DNA of 64,000 nt from Macrostomum lignano (Eukaryota), in the NCBI GenBank assembly GCA_002269645.1, contig NIVC01000034.1, positions 248,001 to 312,000 of the forward strand, read 5' to 3'. Each line of letters begins with the position of its first letter. Positions within the stretch are counted from its first letter, which is position 1. The notes under the pieces are model-generated. The model was not told the DNA's origin. It did no database searches and was given only the letters and a program-made list of their open reading frames with translations. Below, one piece after another: positions 14,700 to 25,324 of the stretch. A program made the translations under genes and the position numbers.

Positions 14700-16256
14700 T
14701 CACTTCACTTCGAAGACGCTATTGTTGGAGTTCCCGCTGCACTTCTCGTTCGCGTTGCCGCCGCAAGCCACGCTGCAGTTGGCCTTCGCGGTGTCGCCGC
14801 TGTTTCCATACTCATTGCCGCAGCCACAGATTTTGCCGTTCTTAACGCCGAAGTAGGAAACTTCTTGGCCTTGCAGATTTTATTGCACTTCCACACGGTC
14901 ATGCGGTCGGACACCATGGCGACGGTGAAGTCCGGATACTCCGGGTCGTCCAGGTAGCAGCCAAGGAATTCTTTAGCAAGGGTATTATCAGATACAAAAG
15001 GCATTGGATCACTCCACAGTATAATGATATGCACTAGACTTGAACCAAAGATTCAGTTCTTCGGCTCAAGACTCAAAGTTTGTCTAACTCCAGATTCGTT
15101 TACCTATGGTAGCCACCTTCAAGCCCGTTGTGTACACACTGTTTCTCCAGGCTGCACCGCAGTAAGTGGTCTTGTCGCCGCTGCACTGCATGCGGCACTC
15201 CGTGTTCGGTCTGATTCCGTATCTGCCATAGTGATTGCCGCAGAAGCAATGGTTGCCATATTGAACACCGAAGAACTTGTACTTGTGCTTTCGACAGAAC
15301 CTGTAGCACTTGGGCACACTCATGTGGCCTTTTGGAGCTTCGCGTCTCAGATCTTTGGTGGCTTTGTCAACGAAGCAGCCGAGGTGCTTCATTCCCGGAG
15401 CTAAACATTGTAGAGATGAAATTAAATCAGAAATATGCAGTGCTAAAAAATCTGACAAACAAGTAATTTTGCCAGTTTTTTTTTACTCAAAAACTTACTT
15501 GCCGCCTTTCGAGTCTTCAGTCCTGTGCTGTAGATGGAGTTCCTCCACGGTCAGCCGCACTTCTCTCGCCTGTCGCCTTTGCACGTCATTTTACATTGCT
15601 TGTTGCTGACTCGACCCAGAGAGCCGTAGCTATTGCCGCAGGTGCAGTGAACGGCGTATTGCAAACCGGCGTACTTGTAGCCAGCACGCTTGCACAGGTT
15701 GATGCAGTAGTGGCTGTTGGCCTTCACTCCGACGTTCACTATCTTGGGCAGGTCGCGGGCTGGGTTGTCGATGAAGCAGCCAAGATAAGCCGAGCCTGTG
15801 GATAAAAATCATAGTTGCTGTCGTAAAACTGCCTTTGGGCCTTGTTTTGAACACTCCCCTACCTCCGCTCCCCCCGGAGAACTCAAGTAACTTGCCAGCA
15901 GTTTACGATTTTTATCTAAGTATGGATTGTAACCTCGGTGGGAGAGACTTTATAGCGATCCTGTAGTCTCCCTCTAGTGTTTTCAGCTTTTGCGTTGCAA
16001 TCTTCCATATGAAGTGTACCCCCATGAAGAGCCGTATTTACTCGTAAAAATGCATAAGCACGAAAGTAAATCGTTCTAATGGTTTTGTAATTTTCTAGCC
16101 TAAAAAATATATTTCTTAGGTTCGTATGCTAGAGATAAATAATTAATCAATCATAATATTTGAAATTCGCTTACTGTGGGCAGTTGCAGTCTGGAGTAGC
16201 ATTAAGACCAATAGCCACTGATGGCAAGGAACTTGAAGAGTCAGCCTGCTGGTCAT
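14700..16256 (-). pseudogene. 3xWSC secreted-protein paralog, probably pseudogenised; exons 16256-16175, 15795-15499, 15400-15104, 14970-14700
   Basis: Signal-peptide exon MTSRLTLQVPCHQWLLVLMLLQTATAH. The WSC exons are near-identical to those of the 7xWSC gene. There is an in-frame TGA at 15551-15553 (GGA in paralogs) and a 1-nt deletion near 14858 in the last exon. Confidence 0.8.
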
Positions 16257-16899
16257 GCTGATCCGTTAAAAATTTTTGGAGGTTGAATAACTTTTTCAGC
16301 TTTTTACAGTTGGCTTCTGCATGGCTTGCAACGACAGGAGTTTATATAAACAGTTTCATGCCACAGTTTATCCGGGTTTTATCCATTACACCTGTATCCT
16401 TTCACGGAGGTGAGGGTAGATTAGCTAGGGTTTTTGCTTTCGTTGAGTTTTAAGAATAAGCGAGTGCAGTCATTGAGTATTTTTTCGGATGCGCCCGCAG
16501 CTTCTCTCCTCCTTCAGATCCTGCGAGCAGTGCACGAGCTGCGTTCATTACTCCTTTTGTCTCGCCGGTTCTTCTGTCTGGAATGGTCGGTGGCTGCTAT
16601 TGTCTTCTCTTGTTCTGTTGCCTTCCATTTTGGGCACTTTTCTTACCTATTCGCTTCATATTTTTGTATATGCTCATACTCTACTCTGGCCCCGCCTCGC
16701 TTACCACTCCTCGGCTTTGCTTCTTGATGCGCCTCATTCTTGCGGATTTCTAAGCCTTCCATATCCTTCATAATGACAAGAGGCCCGCTGCCGCCCCCGA
16801 GTTTTGTTGAGCAAACTGCTTTTTCATTGGAAACTAGCTTCTGTGCGTGCTTTAGCTGGACATTGGTCGTTTTTCTTTCCAGGTGGACGTTAAATTCGA

Positions 16900-17480
16900 A
16901 AAAAATACTGTTAAGGCAAACAAACTGCCGACTTTATTTGCACTTGTATAACGTCTTCACTTTGAAGACGCTGCGAGAGTTGTACGAGACGCACGCGTGA
17001 CCGTCCACTGTGACCAAAAAGTTTGTGAGTCGATTATAACAGAAATCGAGTCTATTGAAGATCTTGATCTCCTTGATGTGAGCCAGTTTCTTGGCCAGTC
17101 TTGTGAGTCTTGGCCATCTAACAGCCTTTATGCTGCTTTCGTGTGAGAGCACGAGTGTCCCCAGGTAGTACTGGTTGGTTTTTCCATCGATGGCTCTGCT
17201 GCAGACACCCTTCCAGCCTCTCACTGAGAACAATGGCTTAGAGGCAGCATATCTGCAACCGTTACATGTACAGGTAAGACAAAATATCTGATGACTATAG
17301 CAGCAAAGGGAGTAAAAAAACAGAGAAATGAGCTGCTTCGAGACTGACCGGCTCTCTTCCTTGGCTTGGTGTACTCTCCGAACACTTCGACCTTGCACAG
17401 AGTTAGCCACTTTTTCAGATTCGTCCTGATAATCGCATTCTGACCGATCTTGGCGTACTTAAATCTCTTCATTGAGAAAA
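16900..17480 (-). pseudogene. degenerate F-type lectin (fucolectin/FTP) domain exons
   Basis: LTLCKVEVFG (end of one domain, donor at 17349) is followed by an exon from 17252 with SRAIDGKTN, HSCSHT (shifted frame) and IKIFNRLDFCYNRLTNF. Several frameshifts and stops are present. Confidence 0.6.
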
Positions 17481-18618
17481 ACGGCGTTCAACCTACCGAT
17501 TTTAGAACCAATTCAATTCAAGCTAATTTTTCATGTCTGGCCCTAAAATAAGTCTTATTTAGTAAGTTTTAAAAGATTACGACAAAACGACCACAGTACT
17601 AGAGTTGATAGGAAACGCGTACAATTAGTGTGCATGTACGATCTTTGTTGAATGTTTCAAATGTAGAACATGTCGAATATGTAAATTTCGAATCTCTAAA
17701 TATCTAATATTAAGAGAAATTACTTAAGTCTCAATCGCTACAAATTGTACAGTTTCAGTAGTTTCTTACAGCGCATAAAAGCATAGGGCATAGCTAATTA
17801 AGAAGATCGTTGTTTCAGTGAGCAAATTGTAAGAAAATTCAATATTCAGTGTAATTTCGATCTTTTAAGAGTCACAGAAGGCCAAATAAAAGTCCGGTTT
17901 GACTGATGCCTGAGACCGTTGCAGTCATTCTAATTTTTTGTCGTAGTAGTTTAAAGATGAATATGCAGTCACAGCTAGTGGTGAGAGGTGAGAGTAAGAG
18001 AAAGCAACGGACCTAATGAGAAGTGGTGTAACCTGAGTGACTGATTATAACAAGCTATTCTCAAATGATTCAATTTTTTAAAACGCAAAACTCACATCCC
18101 TGGATGTCGCATCAAAAAAGATTTGATTGCTTTTTTATTAGCTTGGCGGTGTACAGTGAGGTAATGAGCTCGGGATGTGGGACTTGGATAAGCTTGGACC
18201 ATTTGGAATTTTGGCAGAGTTGAAGAAGCTTCACTTTCTTCTGCTGCGATAAAACTTGAATAGGCGCAGTAGTAGATCTTCAGAAAATCTCTTGAGTGCG
18301 TCCTCCCACGAATTGGTGTGGGCCCTTTTCAAACCATTATTTTCGCACTTTTTATCGGATTTTTTGACACAATTGCACCTCTCAGGTAGAGTGATGGCAA
18401 TTAGTCCAACAGGTGTGCTATGGCCTGCTACAAGCTACTATATTAAAAATAGAGATTCCCATCTAACATTCGATTTTTTTAGAAATGAAGGCGCATCGAT
18501 AAAAGACTCAACTGTCTTAACACGGAGTCCGCCGGCTATCCCAGAAAGTGTGTTCTAAAGTGTGTCCTCACGGATATGTGTTCTATATTTCGGGAAATAT
18601 TACAAATATTGAGACCAA

Positions 18619-20603
18619 ATGAAGGCTTTACGCGCTGTCCAATGTTTTCTACTTTACGCTACGGTGAGCTAATAAAACACAAAACAAATTGTCGTATTTT
18701 AACATTTCATATCTAAGGAGGTGCTATAATCGCAGCTAAATTGACTTTACGGAAAATTTCAAGATTCATTTGTTTAAAACGTCAAAAAATACGTTTTGAT
18801 ATGCTACGCATTTGATACGCATACAGCAGACGGAGGCACAGGTAGCATGACAGCCCACCTTGAACAACCATAGTTTCTAAAATTATTGCTTTCAGTGAGA
18901 TGCTCTCACTGCCACCTCATGAGTCTGACTGAAGCCGACGGACCCGTTGACCTCCGATCGAAGGCCAGACTCTCGGCCACCGTCATAAACATGTCGAGCC
19001 TGCTGACGGAAGCCGAATGCGCTGTGCGCTGTCGCCTCCTCGACTGCGCTGCCGCCGTCTTTGCTGTGAACTCGAGCCGGAGAGGATTTTGTCGGCTGGT
19101 TGTCGGCAACAACGAATCGGTCGGGTCGGCAAATGACCGGAGCAGCAAATCGGTTCTGATGATCAACTCGCCCGCCAGAGTGTGGCTCCGAGATGTTCGA
19201 GACAGTAGCATTTTCTTGGTAAAATTTTTCAAGCTTGAGTTTTCAACTGAGTCCATTTTATATTACGTTTTTTAAGTTCCTCGGTGGTGAGAAAGTCAGG
19301 ACTGCTGTATTACCTGTGTGAGGTGTGCTTGCGTGCTCAGTCAGTGCGCCAAGAAGCCAGCAAAACGGGCATATCTGCTTGACTCCTCGCAGTGGCACTG
19401 CTCGAAAAAATCCCTTTCCGAAAACTAATAAAATAACTGACAGCTCAAGTTTCAGCACGCCTGTCAAGCAGTTTTGATTCGATTGACTCAACTTGAAACC
19501 TAAAACTTTAACACACAAGTCACAGAGTAAATAAATCAACAAAAACAATGCAGACGTTGGCGCCTTGAAGTCGCTGGTGCCAAAGGTGGGAATTGTGGAA
19601 GCGGCTCAAAATTGGGAGGTCGTGGCGCCAAAGTGTCGGGCATCTTCAATTTGACGGTTGGCCTGCAGCTGAGCATCGCGGTGGGCCAGGCTGGCAGATC
19701 AACGGGTAGCTTAGGAGCAGCTGGCGGAGGCGGCGGCAGCTTCGTGTTCGTGAATGAAAGCTCTGCCAGGCTTCTGATTGGCATATTATTATCAGTTGTT
19801 AATAATATAGGAATGCAAAACCATCTCTTCCTTTCGTCAAACTACCAAGGATAGTTGTCGGCATACCCTGAATTTTTTTTTCTGCAACGTCTGTGTGAAG
19901 ACCCAACGAAGTCAGAGCTGATGCAGACACATTTGGTAGACTTGCTGATGAAACCGCTGGTAGAATCACAATTTGAATTTCAGAGCACTGTTGGGAGTTT
20001 TTTCCAACTCAGTGCACCTCTTTATACTGAAGTTTTCCTTTAAGATGTGATACGACAGTTGAATCACTTTAGTCGAGGTAAAATCTTTATAAACCCGTTT
20101 TTGCGTCAGGCAATCCGGGACTGGCCGGACCCGATGGCGGCAACTCCACAGGCGCCGACAACAACGCCGCTCTGCGTGGCTACGGAGGCGCTGACGGAAA
20201 TCCGGGACTCGCTTTGAACAGCAGCGACGTCATCAACGCTACGAGCTTCGGCGGCTGCGGCGCCGGCTGGCTGGGCAGGGCTGTCGCTCTCCGGCAAAAC
20301 GACTACGATGGCGAGCCTGGTGGCAGCAAATCCGAAAATTGGACTGGCGGCAGCGCAGCTGGTGGAACTAACGGTGACGGCGGTTTCGGCGGCGGCGGAG
20401 GCGGTGGCCGCCGTGACAACGAGCTGCCCGCGGCCGGCGCCGGCGGCTTCAGTGGAGGCGGCGCTGGACTCGGCGGAGGCCAGGCCGGCGGAGGTGGTGG
20501 CTCCTTCTGCTCAGCTGGCGGCACCTGCTCAGGCTCGACCGGAGGCAACTCGGACAGCAGGCATGGCTTTGTAGTGCTGCGTCTGTTGGGCGATGGGAGC
20601 TGA
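18619..20603 (+). pseudogene. PAN/Apple + ALK/LTK-type glycine-rich protein, copy 1 (pseudogene); exon remnants about 18619-18663, 18896-19250, 19554-19778, 20110-20603
   Basis: Close paralog of 25325-27902. The exon-2 donor reads CTGAGT instead of GTAAGT, exon 3 has a 55-bp deletion, and the 3' end and donor of exon 3 are missing. The first exon is tentative. Confidence 0.7.
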
Positions 20604-21439
20604 AACTGATGAGGCACAGAGTCTGTCTAATACGATAATTTCTATAACACAAAAGTCAGGTAACCTAAAACGTCAAAATAAGCTTATGGTATCATATTTT
20701 CATCTATTTTCTTGAAACTATCTGATCACCCGGTGAGTTAGCCAGTCAACGGAGTCACAGGGTAAAAAATCGACAAAAACAATGCAGACATTCTTATCCT
20801 TGTAGACATTGATAAGAATGAAATCTACGGCCGGATTTGATTTGTCCTTGTTCATTCATTTTACAGAATTTTGATTTTGTTCGAATTGCAATAACATCAA
20901 CAAACTTTTGCTACTGACTATGAATTAATTTCTTGACTGCACTCTAGTATGCTCGTAAAACTTAGTAAAACTTGCACTTCTTTACGAGCACCTATATTTA
21001 CTGATTAAGTACTACAGAGTACCTTTTCTTCTTTTACTTTAACTCTAACAATACACAAGTCCATACAAACTACGTGTGTCTATTTATGGCTGTCCTAACG
21101 ATGATAATAAACTAGTTAAATATAAAATCGATACTTTTTTAGTAAGAAATTACCTGCGCAGACTCTGAAGTCAAGACAGTGCTACAAATGCAAGGCAAAG
21201 ATGCCCCCAATTCCTAAAGTTCATAACAGCACTTAGCTATCTTAATTTAACCAGTAACAACGCATTTTTGGACAGCGTCTGCAGTTTCGTATTTGAATTT
21301 GATTTATTGATGTTCGGACAAGTGGTTGAGAATTTTCCACCGTATTATTCAGCCAATTATAAAGAATAGGAAAAGAATGTCGTCCGAAACCTACGACACG
21401 GGGTTGTCTTTTTTCCAATCCATGCTATAATCAATCCAC

Positions 21440-22103
21440 TCAGTCGCAAGCGTCAACAAAAGGCACCAGTAGCCGAAACTTCACTCGGCCTTGGTCGCTG
21501 TCTAAGTTGCCGCCTTGAACGGTGCTGCAGTCGCTGCCACCGCAGAATGAGCCGCGCGCGCCGCCTCCCAGACCGGCGCTCACCGCGCCGCCGCCGCCGC
21601 TGTAGCCACCGCCGGCGCCACCGGCTCCATAGGTGAGGCTCGACTCACCGCCGCCTCCACCGCCGAAGCCGCCTCTGCCTGTGCCACCGTCGCCAGGCCT
21701 TCCGCCGATCCAGCCTTGGGCTCGGCTGCCGCCTCCTTCACCGTCATTCTTCGTCTCCTTCTTCGACTTGGTCTTGCCCAGCCAGCCGGCTCCGCATCCG
21801 CCGCTTGCCAACATCGAGTTGAGCAACCCGCAGAGCTGCTGAAGCCAGCTGCTCCGTTGGTGCCACCCTTGCCGCCTTTGTGCTGCCGTAGGAATCGCTG
21901 CCGCTAGTTGTTGCGGAGCCCGCTTGCCTGAGGATGAGTAGCAGTGTAGCAGGCAGCATTTTTTATTTGTAAATGAAGAAAGTACAAGCAGCCAGAGGCT
22001 TATTGGTAACGGGTCTAAACTTTGTCGTTTTTCTTATCTCATCTGTATGTCTGGTTTGGGGTTTGGTCGGGCTGCGCTAGCTGCTGGAAAGCGGGCTTGG
22101 TTT

Positions 22104-22167
<64 letters not shown>

Positions 22168-22456
22168 CCTGACGAAGAATTTCGTATTCGAAATATCGGC
22201 AACTAACTCTTTTTCACTTTTTTTGTTTGTCTTGTTGCTTTGCCGTGTCAGCGCCCTCGGGATTGGAGGCTCTCCCTCTCTCTCCCTCTCTCCTTCCTCT
22301 CTCTCTCTCTATCTCTCTCACTATCTCTCTCTCCCTCTCTCCCCCTCTCTCCCTCTCTCACTATCTCTCTATCTTACTATCTCTCTCTCTCCCCCTCTCT
22401 CTCTCTATCTCTCTCTCTCTCACTATCTCTCTCTCTCCCCTCTCTCTCTCTCTATA

Positions 22457-22487
<31 letters not shown>

Positions 22488-22520
22488 CCTCTCTCCCCCT
22501 CTCACTATCTCTCTCTCTCC

Positions 22521-22580
<60 letters not shown>

Positions 22581-22670
22581 CTCCCCCTCCCTCTCTCTCT
22601 CTCTATATCTCTCTCTCTCTCTCTCACTATCTCTCTCCCTCTCTCCCCCTCTCACTATCTCTCTCTCTCC

Positions 22671-22719
<49 letters not shown>

Positions 22720-22762
22720 CCTCCCTCTCACTATCTCTTTCTCCCTCTCTCTCTCTCTCTCA

Positions 22763-22819
<57 letters not shown>

Positions 22820-24092
22820 CATCACTTTCTGTCACGATCGAAACCTTTTTGAAAAGGGGAGTTGCTTAAGTTTTTCTTAGTCTAGTGTAGCGTAGTCGAG
22901 TGTATTGACTGCCGTCGTTATCCACACTACTACGACTACAAAGTGCGACTACAAAACACACCGTGTATCACCAACTAAAATAATGAATTTTTTGAAGAAA
23001 GCACCAAGCGTCCCTACTACCAAAGCTCTGGGTGTCCTAACTAAAGTACTTCTCGCCTCAATACCAAATTACTAAATGTGAACCAAGGACTACTAAGTAG
23101 TTTTTGGTGTAAAAACTGCCTAGCGTAAAATGAAAGTCTACTTGAACGTTGAGAATTTTACGTGGGTATCGGTGGTACCCACAGCCGAACAACTGACGGC
23201 TAGCCGTAGAACTCACCGCGATTACTGTCGGCGGCACCTCCGCCCCCACCTGCGGCCAACAGCAGCTCGTCGTTACCGTCGTCGATTGTCCGGTACACAA
23301 AGCTGCCTCCGCCGCCGCCACCGCCGGCCCTGGCCTTGTTGGCCGCGCTACCAGCCTGACCGACCACAATGCTTAGCCGGATGCCAGCTGCCAAGATGTA
23401 GCTTCCCGCAGCAAGAGCGCCTGGCCCGCCTTTCTTACCGGTATTTGGATGTCCGCCGCCTCGAGCCCCGGCCGCTTCGATGCGGTAGCAGCCGGGCAGG
23501 CTGATCAGCGCCTCCTGGATGTCGCCGAAACGTCCGCGGCTCGTATCTGGAGGAAACAGGCATGTCCGTGATAGAAAACTATACATAAAAATGATTGTAT
23601 TTCAAAATCGACCAAATAATTGCCTCTTACTAATAAAAAGATAGTTCATCACGGAAAGCGCAATTCTGTCCTCAAAATCATTTATCTTCCAAGCCTGCGC
23701 GCCGACTTCACCACCGAGCAATTGATCAACGTGATGGCTTTGCGGACTCAGGGACTGCGATTCGTCATTGATGATCAACATCTGGCAGACGGTGGCAGCT
23801 TCGATGAAAGCGATACCCGAACAGTTCCGCGATTGGCAGTTGAGTAGGCAGTCGATTTCGGACAATGCACCCGTTTTGTTGATTACTTCACTGCTTGTTG
23901 TGGCGTTCACAGAAATCGGCTGAGTTGAAATTGAATACTCGGCAAGCGTAAGACTAGCATTGTCACAATGAGCGGCTGAAAATAATGAAAATTCGAGAAC
24001 ATTTGAAAAGTGGAATTTGATATCAAATCAACCGTATTTTTATTCATACTCTCACCTTCGAAGAACAGTAGAATTAAGAGGTTATAAAGCAT
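21440..24092 (-). CDS. PAN/Apple + ALK/LTK-type glycine-rich secreted protein, copy 2; exons 24092-24056, 23975-23631, 23546-23217, 21927-21440
   Basis: Signal peptide MLYNLLILLFFEAAHC. PAN-like C-LLN-C...C...F....C. GCYRIEAAGARGG...IVVGQAG...GGGGGSFV...LLLAAGGGGG and GGCGAGW...GGFGGGGGG...GGYSGG. All introns are phase-1 GT-AG. Confidence 0.75.
22166..22200 (+). ncRNA. minimal type I hammerhead ribozyme, second copy
   Basis: gcc-CTGACGA-A-GAAT(ttcgt)ATTC-GAAA-TA-TC-ggc. The core is identical to 12437-12473, and the different stem II and loop still pair. Confidence 0.8.
22166..22270 (+). mobile_element. about 105-bp 3'-terminal Penelope-like fragment embedded in (CT)n
   Basis: Starts with a hammerhead motif. 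Ends GTCAGCGCCCTCGGGATTGGAGGCTCTC, homologous to the 3' end of the 12371-13579 element (GTCAGGGCCTGAGATTGGAGGTGGCCTC). Confidence 0.75.
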
Positions 24093-25324
24093 TTTCTCTT
24101 TTTAAATTCGGCAAATTTTCGATCTACTGACAAAAACAGTTGACGCGATTCTTCATAAGTTGTGCGAGGTATTGGGGTGCCTTAGTCAAATGGTTATTTA
24201 AATAAAACTGGGGTTCTCGCATTGGCTCAGTTGATTGACGACAAAGAGTGGTTGGCAAGCCACTCCGGCTGGTTACGCTCGTAGCAGTTTACATAGCAAT
24301 TGTTGAAAAATGAAGCTGCACTATGAACGACCTACTGATGAAGCAATAAGGGTTTCTGTAACTGTCCACTTACAAGCTATTTTGACAAAAATTGAAGCAC
24401 TTTGCAGACAACAGGTAAATGTAAAACTGTCCATATTAGATCTGGTATTGAGTGTGCATGCTACGCTCGCTGCATTTGATTCAGAGTGCTTCCGAAATAA
24501 TTGTTTGTTTTTAACACCGAAGACTTCTTTCTGCCAGTTAAAACTGCCAGGTTCTGCCAGGTTTATTTTAACAGATCTGCCAATCATTCGGTGTAACCGA
24601 CTCTGAACGAGCTAAAGAACTAGAAAGCTGTTGAAGACACTCGGCATACTCAATGACACAGGTATTAATGAATCGATATTAAACTATCCATTTTCTAGTA
24701 CATTTTCCAGCACGCATTGTGTCGATGTTGCTCGTAAAAATGAATTCTCGGAAGTTCTGTTCAACAAGAGATATTAAGATTGACAGCAGTACCGTCCACC
24801 GGACCAAGGTAATTAGCTCAAGGCCGACTCAACTAGAAGGACGGGAAATACGTTTCTTAAAAAAATTTAAGGGGGCTGGTTTTCGCCGAAAATTAACACA
24901 CATGGAGATGAAAACTTCCCACTTTTTCAGAGAAGTGTTCCTTGATCGGGAAATATTTGCAGTTACTGAAATAATAAGTCAAGTAACTTCCAAGTATGAA
25001 ACTGAGAATCATCTCCTTTCTTATCCCCTAAAAAAATAAAAATCCTCCTAATCTCTTCTAAAGCGCTCAAAAAGAACAATAGCGATCGTATGAGACAGGT
25101 TTGGGGCCGTGGGACCGCTATAAACTTAAAACACGTGCGCATGCGCAAACGAGAACAAAAGATTGGTGAACCTTTTTGCAGCCTAGCCTCCCGTGGGAAA
25201 TTTCTAGAACGTAGAAATATTCTAAAGTTTTACCTATAAAAGAATAGCATTTTTGAAGACTTCTTTTTACCATTCCTACTTTTGAAATAAACTTTCAGCA
25301 AGCTGTTTATTGACTGGAAATTAA

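Larger units (their letters stand above)
22105..22820. repeat. (CT)n microsatellite with periodic CACTAT interruptions, in intron 3 of copy 2
   Basis: Direct sequence. Confidence 0.95.

Noticed and set aside
20600-20640. CTGATGAGGC after the copy-1 stop codon as a hammerhead
   Set aside because: No closing GAAA or stem III.
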